In this document: positions 26,836 to 35,412 of the stretch, piece by piece
Layout of the letters: each line of letters begins with the position of its first letter
Numbering within the stretch: the first letter of the stretch is position 1
NCBI GenBank assembly: GCA_963700055.1
Contig: CAVOWH010000021.1
Span: 408 to 64,407, forward strand
Reading direction: 5' to 3'
Source of the DNA: an uncultured delta proteobacterium
Lineage (GTDB): Bacteria > Desulfobacterota > Desulfobacteria > Desulfobacterales > SpSt-501
DNA length: 64,000 nt
The notes under the pieces: generated by a model
Database searches by the model: none
What the model saw: the letters and a program-made list of their open reading frames with translations, nothing else
What the model was told of the DNA's origin: nothing
Position numbers and translations under genes: made by a program

Positions 26836-26910
26836 TAATCTGCAATGATTTTATGTTGTTGACTGCCTGAAATTTCATCCGACGTATCACCGAAGAGCCG
26901 TTTCTGATAT
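26836..26910 (+). repeat. Copy B of the taatctgYaat...atccgacgtat element
   Basis: taatctgcaat (26836) and atccgacgtatcaccgaagagccgtttctgatat (26877). It is a direct repeat of copy A on the other side of the nim-like gene. Confidence 0.55.
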
Positions 26911-27007
26911 ACTAGCTACCTATCCCATATCGTCAAAAATTTCTCACGGAATTGGTGTTGCTCCTAAGAGCTCATCATGAGATGGTAGTAAGTAGTCGTT
27001 TTATAAA

Positions 27008-27048
27008 GGAGAAGGCGGACACACATGCGCAGGGTATCCGCCTTCTTA
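27008..27048 (-). terminator. Rho-independent terminator candidate for the OsmC-like gene
   Basis: Stem gaaggcgga (27011-19) / tccgccttc (27037-45). On the minus strand it is followed by tttataaaa. Confidence 0.45.
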
Positions 27049-27061
27049 ATTGGAATCTATT

Positions 27062-27640
27062 TTATTCAACAACCAGTTTTGAATCGAGTTTGATCGCATT
27101 AGCTACGTTAAATCGATTTGGGGACGTAGCACAAACGGCTTCGTGAACCTTCTGAAACTGTTGTGGCGTTCCATTTCCCTTTATGTGAACGGTATAGCGA
27201 ATTTTATCATACCCGGGCTTTACATTCGGATCAAGACCCAAGAATCCACGCAGATCAATGTCGCCCTCAGTTTCAATTCTGAGCTCCTCCAATTCGATCC
27301 CCTCCATTGAGCAGCCAACCACGTAACCGACCATGATACAGCCATTCAGCGCCGCCATGAGATATTCCTGAGGATTGGCAAATTTGTTGGTACCGCCAAG
27401 CTCAGTGGGCTCATCAATTTGGATGGTAAAATCTTTCTTGATATACTCCTTGCCAAATCCGTATCCCTTAACTTTTGTATCTGAGCGGGTGCCTCCCTTC
27501 CAATGACTGCTTACATGCCAGTGAGTATTCGCGTTTTCAGGATCTTTAGCCACATGGCCAATCAAGGCCTTAACCCCTTCGGTATTAATGCCATTTACCA
27601 CAGTTGGTTTAATTTTATCGTCATCTCTTGTTTTCTGCAA
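27062..27640 (-). CDS. OsmC/Ohr-family peroxiredoxin-like protein
   Basis: TTG start 7 nt after AGGAGG. PQEYLMAALNGCIMVGYVVGCSMEGIELEELRIETEGDIDLRGFLG and AVCATSPN contain the two conserved Cys regions of the OsmC family. Confidence 0.8.
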   Translation of the reverse strand: MQKTRDDDKIKPTVVNGINTEGVKALIGHVAKDPENANTHWHVSSHWKGGTRSDTKVKGYGFGKEYIKKDFTIQIDEPTELGGTNKFANPQEYLMAALNGCIMVGYVVGCSMEGIELEELRIETEGDIDLRGFLGLDPNVKPGYDKIRYTVHIKGNGTPQQFQKVHEAVCATSPNRFNVANAIKLDSKLVVE

Positions 27641-28149
27641 GATTAAGTCCTCCTATTTCTACGAGAAAATGAAATCGTAGAAAACACCTGCTGCTGAGAA
27701 AATATAAGGCCAGGCAACAGTCACTCTAAGGTGGATAGAAGGTGTGTCTCATATGGAGTGGTGTCAACTGTTACGAAATTGCCCTGAATTTTCCAATTCC
27801 ATCCACGCCAGCGTCAGCTGTAACAAATGATAGTCCGGCGCCACTCCGTGCCAATTCCCTTTCTGATCCAATCTATCGGCGCAGCGGTGTTTTTTGGGAA
27901 TTGAGAGGGGGTATTGGAAAGAGATTAGAAGTTTCCCTGCTGACCCTTATTTCTGAGAGCAAAACAGTCAGTGAACTCCAGTTCTGCCGGAGGTCACTGA
28001 CCGTAATCTCCTTCCAATTTTTCCCGGTGAATGAGCAGTTTTATCTTTGGTAGCGACCCTGTCTCGTCTATTCTGTCAATTCATCATTTCGGCATTATCT
28101 TATTGGACAGGTACAAGGATGTGATAACAGCTTTCGATAGGAGGAAGAC

Positions 28150-28917
28150 ATGAGCTTTTCAGGAAAACAAGCGCTGATTGTGGGCGGAAGCAGCGGAATG
28201 GGGCTGCAGGCAGGCAGCCTGCTCCTCAAGGCCGGGGCCTTTGTGACGATAGTCGGCAGCCGGAAGGAGAAGCTTGATCATGCGCTCAAGACTCTGGGCG
28301 TTGCTGACAAACTGCAGGCTTTTCAATGTGACCTGAGGCGCGATGCCGACGTTGAGCGATTGGTCCGCTATGTGGCTGAAAAAATGAAGGACGTGAAGTA
28401 CCTGGTTAACGCCGCTGGGGTCTTCTCGCCAAAATCCTTTCTGGAGCATACCGGCGAGGATTACGATGTGTACATGCGGCTCAACCGGGCCACCTTTTTC
28501 GTGACCCAGCAGGTGGCGAAAAACATGATCGAAAGCGAAGGCGGGGCCATTGTCAATGTGGGATCTATGTGGGCCCGTCAGGCAATCAAGGCGACGCCCT
28601 CCTCGGCGTATTCCATGGCCAAGGCCGGGCTGCATGCTCTCACCCAGCACCTTGCAATGGAATTGGCGGATCACAGCATTCGCGTCAATGCCGTGGCCCC
28701 AGCTGTGGTAGAGACACCAATCTACCAAGCCTTCATTGCCCCGGACAAGGTGCATGAGACACTCCAAGGTTTTAACGCCTTCCACCCAATCGGGCGTATC
28801 GGCACTCCCCAGGACGTAGCATCCGCGATCGTTTTTCTGCTGTCAGAGCAGGCAAGCTGGGTGACGGGTGCCGTTTGGGATGTGGACGGCGGCGTTATGG
28901 CCGGAAGAAACCAGTAA
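28150..28917 (+). CDS. Short-chain dehydrogenase/reductase (SDR) family oxidoreductase
   Basis: [15 protein letters not shown] (TGxxxGxG-type), NAAG, and [18 protein letters not shown] (YxxxK). Confidence 0.85.
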   Translation: MSFSGKQALIVGGSSGMGLQAGSLLLKAGAFVTIVGSRKEKLDHALKTLGVADKLQAFQCDLRRDADVERLVRYVAEKMKDVKYLVNAAGVFSPKSFLEHTGEDYDVYMRLNRATFFVTQQVAKNMIESEGGAIVNVGSMWARQAIKATPSSAYSMAKAGLHALTQHLAMELADHSIRVNAVAPAVVETPIYQAFIAPDKVHETLQGFNAFHPIGRIGTPQDVASAIVFLLSEQASWVTGAVWDVDGGVMAGRNQ

Positions 28918-29476
28918 ACTCATGCCTGAGCGATTCATCAGCGAAGCCATCAGCCCCGTGGGGCAGTTGAAAATTTCACTGCCGCAGATCTTTACAGGAC
29001 TGTGAATAGGAGTTGGAATTATTTTAAATTGACAGACGAAAGGTGCAAAAAGGGAAAAGATAACATCCGGCGATGAATCCAATCTCTTTGCCGTTTTGAA
29101 TTTTTGGTGGTATTGGTTAGGTAATCGCAATCAAATCGCCCCTCAGACAATTGTGGATATGATCCCCGAGGGGGAATTACGGATAGATTGTGTCTCTGGC
29201 GTATATCCAGCGAAAATTGGTTGCCGTCCTCCTGGGGATATTGACAGCACAGATAGAGCTCCGTTTGATTTTAAAGAATTTCCGATAGACGTAATATATT
29301 GCAGCCGGATGTTTTTCCTATTCGAACAGGGTGTTCGGTCATCAGTTTGTTTGCTTTAATCTTGGTTATTGAACTTATTGAGTTGAGTTCTTTGAACCTT
29401 GACTCTGCTGTTTAGAATTCGAGCACTTAATCTCTAAGGCAATCATAGTATCCCCCACCTCATTCATTATGACCTC

Positions 29477-30565
29477 ATGGATCAGTCCATCGTCATAACA
29501 GGATCTTCCGGCTATCTGGGTTCTGCTCTTTGTGCGGATCTGGGAAGTGACCACCATGTCGTGGGAATTGACCGGAGGCCGCCCTCCCCCGCGCTCCGGC
29601 GGGCCGCGCCGCGGGCCGTCTGGGAGAACCTGGACATATCCGATGCGCCCGCCGTCTCAGACGCATTCCAGCGCACTCTTCATTCCCAGGGAAGAATAGA
29701 CTTCGTGATCCACTTCGCGGTCTATTACCATTACGGCCGCGGATGGCGTCAAGAGTACGACATCCACAACATTCAGGGCACCCGCAACGTCATCGCGGCC
29801 GCCTGCCGCTTCGGCGCTGGCCGGATCCTCTTCGCCGCGAGCATCGCAGCCCTCCTGCCTCCGCCCCCGGGCGAGGCCCTGACCGAAGACTCCTGCGACA
29901 TGGCGGATTTCCCGTATTGCCGGAGCAAGGCCGCCGGCGAACGATTGTGCGCGGAGCGCCTCGACGATCTCCCGGCCGTTGTCATGCGGATCGGCGGGGT
30001 TTTCAGCGACTGGTGCGAGCTGCCGCCGCTCTACAGCCTGATCCGGCTGTGGAGCCGATCTGGCCCGATCGGCCGCTGCATCCCCGGGCGCGGCCAAACG
30101 GGCTTCCCGTATATCCACCGCGACGAGTTGGTGCGCTTCGTGCGGCGCGTCATCGAGAAGAACCACATCCTGGGCCGCCACGAGGTCCTGTTTGCCTCCG
30201 AGGACAGCTGCACCTGCCATGCAGACCTGTTCCGGCCGATCCGCCGGCTTAGCGGGCAGAGCGCTTCCGCAGGCCCCATTCACGTACCCCCGCTGCTGGC
30301 GGTGCTGTTTCTCTACCTGAAGCTGGCCGCCAACGGCCTGCGCGCTCGCCAAACCTACGAGCAGCCCTGGATGCTGACCTATGCCGACCGGCCGCTACGC
30401 GTAAACACGAGCCTCACCCGGCAAAAACTGGACTGGAGGCCGCAGGATGAGTACAGTGTCATGAACCGCCTGCCGGTGCTGATGGAAAATTTCCGCCGCC
30501 ACCACCGCTACTGGAAAGACCGCAACATTCGGCGCAACGACGGCGTCTATGAATACGAACCTTGA
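29477..30565 (+). CDS. NAD-dependent epimerase/dehydratase family protein
   Basis: VITGSSGYLGSALCADL Rossmann motif and PYCRSKAAGE (YxxxK). The first ~90 nt look AT-richer than the rest of the gene. Confidence 0.7.
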   Translation: MDQSIVITGSSGYLGSALCADLGSDHHVVGIDRRPPSPALRRAAPRAVWENLDISDAPAVSDAFQRTLHSQGRIDFVIHFAVYYHYGRGWRQEYDIHNIQGTRNVIAAACRFGAGRILFAASIAALLPPPPGEALTEDSCDMADFPYCRSKAAGERLCAERLDDLPAVVMRIGGVFSDWCELPPLYSLIRLWSRSGPIGRCIPGRGQTGFPYIHRDELVRFVRRVIEKNHILGRHEVLFASEDSCTCHADLFRPIRRLSGQSASAGPIHVPPLLAVLFLYLKLAANGLRARQTYEQPWMLTYADRPLRVNTSLTRQKLDWRPQDEYSVMNRLPVLMENFRRHHRYWKDRNIRRNDGVYEYEP

Positions 30566-30580
30566 GGAGTTTGCGCGACC

Positions 30581-31351
30581 ATGACGCCGGTCCTCTTCAT
30601 CGGCCACGGCCACCCTCTGAACGCCATCCAGCGCAACGAATTCACGACCGCGCTGACGCAGGCGGCGGGAGAGTTGCCGCGGGCGGAGGCCATTCTCGTG
30701 GTGTCGGCCCACTGGCTCAGCCGCAACGGCATTGCCGTGTCCGCCACGGAATACCCTGAAACGATCTACGACTTCGGGCCGTTTCATCCCGATCTTTTCC
30801 GGATTACCTATCCGGCGCCGGGAGCGTCCCGGCAGGCGGACCGCGTTGCCGATCTCATAACGACTCCGGCCGTGCAGGTCGACCGCCGACGGGGCCTTGA
30901 CCACGGCGCATGGACGGTTTTGCGCCATCTGTTCCCGGCGGGCGATATACCGGTTTTCCAGCTGAGCATCGACATTGCGCAGCCGCCGCGCTTCCACTAC
31001 GATCTGGCCCGCCAGCTGCTTCCACTGCGGTCGGAAGGCGTCATGATCATCGGCAGCGGCAACATCGTGCACAATCTTCGACAGATCGACTGGGAGGATG
31101 CCAGCGCTCCCACGGAGGATTGGGCCAGGGCCTTCGACGAGACCGTCAAGGACCTTATCCTATCGAGCCGCCACCATGCCTTGATCGAATACGAGCAACT
31201 GGAGTTTGCCCGGACGGCCGTGCCCACCAACGACCACTACCTGCCAATGCTCTACGCCATCGGCCTGCATCAGCCTCAGGAAACCGTGCAGTTCCTGTTC
31301 GAAGGCTTTCAATACGCCAACATCAGCATGCGTTGCCTGCGCATCGGGTGA
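30581..31351 (+). CDS. ygiD: Class III extradiol dioxygenase, 4,5-DOPA dioxygenase (YgiD/LigB) family
   Basis: LFIGHGHPLNA, VVSAHW, YPAPG, GSGNIVHNL and NDHYLPMLYA are typical YgiD/DODA motifs. Confidence 0.75.
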   Translation: MTPVLFIGHGHPLNAIQRNEFTTALTQAAGELPRAEAILVVSAHWLSRNGIAVSATEYPETIYDFGPFHPDLFRITYPAPGASRQADRVADLITTPAVQVDRRRGLDHGAWTVLRHLFPAGDIPVFQLSIDIAQPPRFHYDLARQLLPLRSEGVMIIGSGNIVHNLRQIDWEDASAPTEDWARAFDETVKDLILSSRHHALIEYEQLEFARTAVPTNDHYLPMLYAIGLHQPQETVQFLFEGFQYANISMRCLRIG

Positions 31352-31502
31352 GAATGCGGATCATGGCGCTGCGCCATCCAGCCCGACCATGCAGTACCAC
31401 CTTTGAGGAAATGGCTTCCAGCTGCGATAACGTTCGCGGCAGGATGTCGCTCCCACGGGAAAAAAGCCTCACCGCCGTAGCTACAATACAATTACATTTT
31501 AA

Positions 31503-31531
31503 TTGACACGGACACGGTCATTGAAATAATT
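31503..31531 (+). promoter_or_regulatory. Sigma70-like promoter candidate for the TRAP operon
   Basis: TTGACA (31503-08), 17-nt spacer, ATAATT (31526-31). AGGAGG sits before the dctP ATG. Confidence 0.4.
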
Positions 31532-31605
31532 ATTTCGCATATTATGAATGGACATCAGCAGGTACCATCACACCCAAACCCGGCACCACCGGCAGGAGGG
31601 CAACG

Positions 31606-32631
31606 ATGAAAAAAGGGCAACTCGTGTGTTCGGCTCTGGCGGCAGCGTTCATCGGAATTCTGTTTTGCGTAACTCCCGTCCCGGCTCAAGCGGCGGATCC
31701 CATCAAGCTCAACTATTCTATTTTCTTTCCGGCCCCGCACAAGAATACCGTGCTCGCCACCGAATGGGCGCAGGAGGTCGAAATGCGCACCAACGGCGCC
31801 GTGAAGATCACCGTGTTCCCGGGCGGTACCCTGACGCCGGCGGACAAGTGCTACGATGGCGTTGTGAAGGGCATCTCCGACATCGGCATGTCGGTGCTCG
31901 GCTACACCCGCGGAAGGTTCCCGCTGTCCGAGGTCATCGACCTGCCGCTGGGTTACAAGAACGGCCTGGCAGCCACGAAGCTGATCAACGCCTATTATCA
32001 GAAGTTCAAACCCCAGGAGTTCAATGACGTCCAGGTCATGTATTTCCACGCGCACGGACCGGGCATCCTGAACACCAAGAAGCCGGTCAACAACCTCGAT
32101 GACCTGAAGGGCATGAAAATCGTCTGCCACGGCCTGTCCGCGAAGGTGGTGGGCGCCCTGGGCGCGACCCCCGTGGCCATGCCCATGCCCGAGCGCTACG
32201 ACGCGCTTCAAAAAGGCGTGGCCGAGGGCGGCGTGAACCCCATTGAGTCTTTAAAGGGCTGGAAACTCGCCGAAGTCATCAAGTCCACCACGGAAAACTT
32301 CGGTTCCGCCTACACCACCGGCTTCTTCGTCGTTATGAACAAGGACAAGTGGAAGTCCCTGCCCCCCGATGTACAGAAAGTCATAGAGACGGTCAACCTG
32401 GAGTGGATCGAAAAGACCGGCAAGGGCTGGGACGAGATCGACAAGGAGGGCAAGGAGTTCACCCTGTCCAAGGGCAACCAGGTCATCGCCTTGTCCAAGG
32501 AGGAAGACGAAAAATGGGCCAAACTGGTCCGGCCCATCCTGGACGAATACGTCGCCAACATGAAGATCAAGAATCTTCCCGGCGACGAGGCCGTCAAGTT
32601 CTGCCTGGAAGAGCTGAAGAAGCTCCAATAG
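31606..32631 (+). CDS. dctP: TRAP transporter substrate-binding protein (DctP family)
   Basis: Signal peptide MKKGQLVCSALAAAFIGILFCVTPVPAQA. The DctP-like body includes NYSIFFPAPH and GRFPLSEVIDLPLG. It is followed by the Q and M permease genes. Confidence 0.8.
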   Translation: MKKGQLVCSALAAAFIGILFCVTPVPAQAADPIKLNYSIFFPAPHKNTVLATEWAQEVEMRTNGAVKITVFPGGTLTPADKCYDGVVKGISDIGMSVLGYTRGRFPLSEVIDLPLGYKNGLAATKLINAYYQKFKPQEFNDVQVMYFHAHGPGILNTKKPVNNLDDLKGMKIVCHGLSAKVVGALGATPVAMPMPERYDALQKGVAEGGVNPIESLKGWKLAEVIKSTTENFGSAYTTGFFVVMNKDKWKSLPPDVQKVIETVNLEWIEKTGKGWDEIDKEGKEFTLSKGNQVIALSKEEDEKWAKLVRPILDEYVANMKIKNLPGDEAVKFCLEELKKLQ

Positions 32632-32711
32632 CATATCTTCGGGGGAAAGGATGATCTGCATCCTTTCCCTATTTTGTCGCCACCAACCGCCGGGGTGGAA
32701 AGGAGTGCTCC

Positions 32712-33194
32712 GTGGAGCGTCTGTTGAACGGTGTCGGGCGGTTGAGCCGCTTTATCAACGTCATCGCCGGCCTTGCCATCACGTTCATCATGTTTTTGAC
32801 GGTCCTCGACGTCATCCTGCGTTCCTTCCGGCGGCCGATCGTCGGGACCTATGAATTGGTGGCGTTTTCCGGGGCCGTGGTCGTCGGGTTCGCCATTCCC
32901 CTGACCTCGTGGATGCGCGGTCATATTTATGTCGACTTTTTCACCGGCAAGCTGTCCAGAACCGCCCGGTCGATTTTCAATCTTTTCACGCGCTGCCTGG
33001 GGATCGGCCTGTTTTTTCTAATCGGATGGAACCTGATCAAAGTGGGCATGGACCTGCAGCAATCCGGGGAAGTGTCGTTGACCCTGCAGCTGCCGTTTTA
33101 CCCCGTCGCCTATGGCGTCGCCGTTTCCTGCTTCGTGCAGTGCCTCGTTCTGCTGATGGACATGGTGAAGATCTTTCGGGGGGAATATGAGTGA
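32712..33194 (+). CDS. dctQ: TRAP transporter small permease (DctQ family)
   Basis: 160 aa with four hydrophobic segments. GTG start after GGAAAGGAG. It overlaps dctM by 8 nt. Confidence 0.7.
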   Translation: MERLLNGVGRLSRFINVIAGLAITFIMFLTVLDVILRSFRRPIVGTYELVAFSGAVVVGFAIPLTSWMRGHIYVDFFTGKLSRTARSIFNLFTRCLGIGLFFLIGWNLIKVGMDLQQSGEVSLTLQLPFYPVAYGVAVSCFVQCLVLLMDMVKIFRGEYE

Positions 33195-34488
33195 GGTCAC
33201 GGCGGGGTTGGTCGGCCTGGCAGCGGTCCTGCTGCTTTTTCTGACCGGCATCGAGCTCGGATTCGCCATGGCCCTGGTCGGCTTCCTGGGATTCAGCTAC
33301 ATCGTTTCCTGGAAGGCCGGCCTGAACCTGCTGGCCAAGGACTTCTTCGACGTGCTTTCGTCCTACGGCTTTACGGTCATTCCGCTCTTCATCCTCATGG
33401 GCCAGATCGCCTTCAACGCCGGCATCGCCAAGCGGCTGTACGCGGCGGCCTACAAATTCGTCGGTCACATCCCCGGCGGGCTGGCCATGGCCACCGTGGC
33501 CGGGGCCACGGCGTTCAAAGCCATCTGCGGCTCCTCGCCGGCAACCGCCGCCACCTTCGCCAGTGTCGCCGTGCCGGAGATGGACCGCTACGGCTACGAC
33601 AAGAAGCTTTCCACCGGCATCGTCGCCACGGTCGGCACCCTGGGCATTCTGATCCCGCCCAGCGTGACGCTGATCGTCTTCGGCATCATCACGGAGCAAT
33701 CGATCGGCAAGCTGTTTCTGGCAGGCCTGGTACCGGGCCTGATCGTCGCCGTTTTCTTCATCTGCATCATCTACGGCTGGTGCAAGATCAACCCGGCGCT
33801 GGGGCCCAAGGGGCAAAAATCCACATGGAAGGAACGCTTGGCATCGCTGCCCGAGGTGCTCTGGATCATGGTCATATTCTTCCTGGTGATCGGGGGCCTG
33901 ATGCAGGGGTTTTTCACGCCCACCGAGGCGGGCAGCGTGGGGACCTTCGCCGTTCTTCTTCTATCCGTCATCAAGCGCGATTTGAACTTCAGGGGCTACG
34001 TCAAGTCGGTGGCCGAATCCCTGCGCACGGCCTGCATGGTGTTGATGCTCATCGCCGGCTCCGTCATCCTGGGGCATTTTCTGGCAGTGACCAAGATCCC
34101 CATGATCACGGCCGACTGGGTGGAGTCGCTGCCCTTCAACCGCTATATCATCATGGTGGTGATCTCGATCATTTATCTGCTGGGCGGGTCGTTTATCGAC
34201 GATCTGGCCTTCATGGTGCTGGCTACCCCGATCTTTTACCCGGTCATCATCAAGCTCGGGTTCAACCCGATGTGGTTCGGGATGATCATCGCCCTCACCG
34301 TCATGGTCGGCGTGGTGATCCCGCCGGTGGCCATCAACGTCTTCGTGGTGAAGAACATCACCAAGGTGCCGTTCAACGTCATCTACAGCGGCGTCTACCC
34401 GTTTCTGCTCAGCCTGCTGTTCTGCGCCATTCTGTTGTTCCTGTTCCCGTCGATCTGCACCTTCCTCCCCGACCTCCTGATGAAATAA
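33187..34488 (+). CDS. dctM: TRAP transporter large permease (DctM family)
   Basis: 433-aa polytopic protein with typical DctM regions: IPLFILMGQIAFNAGIAKRLY and GILIPPSVTLIVFG. Confidence 0.85.
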   Translation: MSEVTAGLVGLAAVLLLFLTGIELGFAMALVGFLGFSYIVSWKAGLNLLAKDFFDVLSSYGFTVIPLFILMGQIAFNAGIAKRLYAAAYKFVGHIPGGLAMATVAGATAFKAICGSSPATAATFASVAVPEMDRYGYDKKLSTGIVATVGTLGILIPPSVTLIVFGIITEQSIGKLFLAGLVPGLIVAVFFICIIYGWCKINPALGPKGQKSTWKERLASLPEVLWIMVIFFLVIGGLMQGFFTPTEAGSVGTFAVLLLSVIKRDLNFRGYVKSVAESLRTACMVLMLIAGSVILGHFLAVTKIPMITADWVESLPFNRYIIMVVISIIYLLGGSFIDDLAFMVLATPIFYPVIIKLGFNPMWFGMIIALTVMVGVVIPPVAINVFVVKNITKVPFNVIYSGVYPFLLSLLFCAILLFLFPSICTFLPDLLMK

Positions 34489-34520
34489 AAATCCCGCCCC
34501 CGGGGGGACGGGATTTTATA
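34488..34520 (+). terminator. Rho-independent terminator after dctM
   Basis: aaaatcccgcccccggggggacgggatttta: a GC-rich stem flanked by A and T runs. Confidence 0.6.
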
Positions 34521-34644
34521 TTGTGAGAGTTGAGACCAAAAAAATTCCGTGCTCCGCCGGGCAAGAGAAAAATACGGAGTTTACATGAAACCGGGCGGCT
34601 TTGATCTCAACAGCAAAATGCTTTTTCTTCCCACTCAGAATAAA

Positions 34645-34685
34645 ATAAAATTTCGTCCCGCCCGGCGGGACGAAATTTTATTTTG
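34645..34685. terminator. Bidirectional terminator hairpin
   Basis: Near-perfect palindrome aaaatttcgtcccgc-ccg-gcgggacgaaatttt with A/T runs on both sides. It lies immediately 3' of the minus-strand response regulator gene. Confidence 0.65.
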
Positions 34686-35412
34686 ACCATTCTTTCCAGT
34701 CCAGCCCGGTCTTCTGCTCCCAGTCCGACACGAAGCGGTCGCTGAAAAAACCGTGCAGCTTCTGCAGCAGCCGCTTCCAGCCGGTGGCATAATCGTACGT
34801 GAGCACGTCTTCCAGGAAGGGCACGATGTCGGCCAGCTTCTCCTTCGGCAGAAAGGCATAGGCCCTCATGTCGTAGGAGCGTTTGAGCGCTTCGGGTGTG
34901 AGCGCGTGGGCGGTCAGCATCGCCACCCTGAAATGACGTCTGACGGCCAGTTCCAGCAGATCGAAGCCGCGCACCCCCATGATGTCGAGGACCACCAGAT
35001 CGTAGCTGTTGAGTTCCAGCCGCCGGATGGCATCCTCATAATTGCCGGCCTTCTCGATCCGGCACTGGGGCGCATCCGCCAGCACCAACTCTTCGAGGGA
35101 CTCCAGCACGTCCGGCTCGTCATCGACGGCCAGAACCCGTTTGCCATTCAGAATCGACTCGGTCATTTGTTTTTTTCCTTCCCGAGCAGGCGGGGGAAAA
35201 GGATTTCCGCGTGGACGGTCCTTGGCCTCCCTGCCATTCAGGTCCATCACATCGGAGACGCTGATGGCAATCATCTTGAGGCTGGCCAGCATGCGCTCGG
35301 CGTTTCTGGCGACCGCCGGAAAATCCTCCCCCAGCCGCTTGAGCTCCTCGACGGCCTGGCGGGCGCGTTGGATGTTCAGGTGCAAGCCTTCCATGTCGAT
35401 AGTGGGATTCAT
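34678..35412 (-). CDS. Response regulator receiver protein with ~80-aa helical N-terminal extension and non-DNA-binding C-terminal region
   Basis: The ATG at 35412 overlaps the upstream stop (ATGA). Receiver region KRVLAVDDEPDVLESLEELV...YDLVVLDIMGVRGFDLL...MLTAH. The N-terminal part is MNPTIDMEGLHLNIQRARQAVEELKRLGEDF. Confidence 0.7.
   Translation of the reverse strand: MNPTIDMEGLHLNIQRARQAVEELKRLGEDFPAVARNAERMLASLKMIAISVSDVMDLNGREAKDRPRGNPFPPPAREGKKQMTESILNGKRVLAVDDEPDVLESLEELVLADAPQCRIEKAGNYEDAIRRLELNSYDLVVLDIMGVRGFDLLELAVRRHFRVAMLTAHALTPEALKRSYDMRAYAFLPKEKLADIVPFLEDVLTYDYATGWKRLLQKLHGFFSDRFVSDWEQKTGLDWKEWSK

Noticed and set aside
27742-28053. A possible HxlR/MarR-type regulator between the OsmC-like and SDR genes
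   Set aside because: Translations in all six frames give only short stop-interrupted fragments without a recognisable winged-helix pattern.
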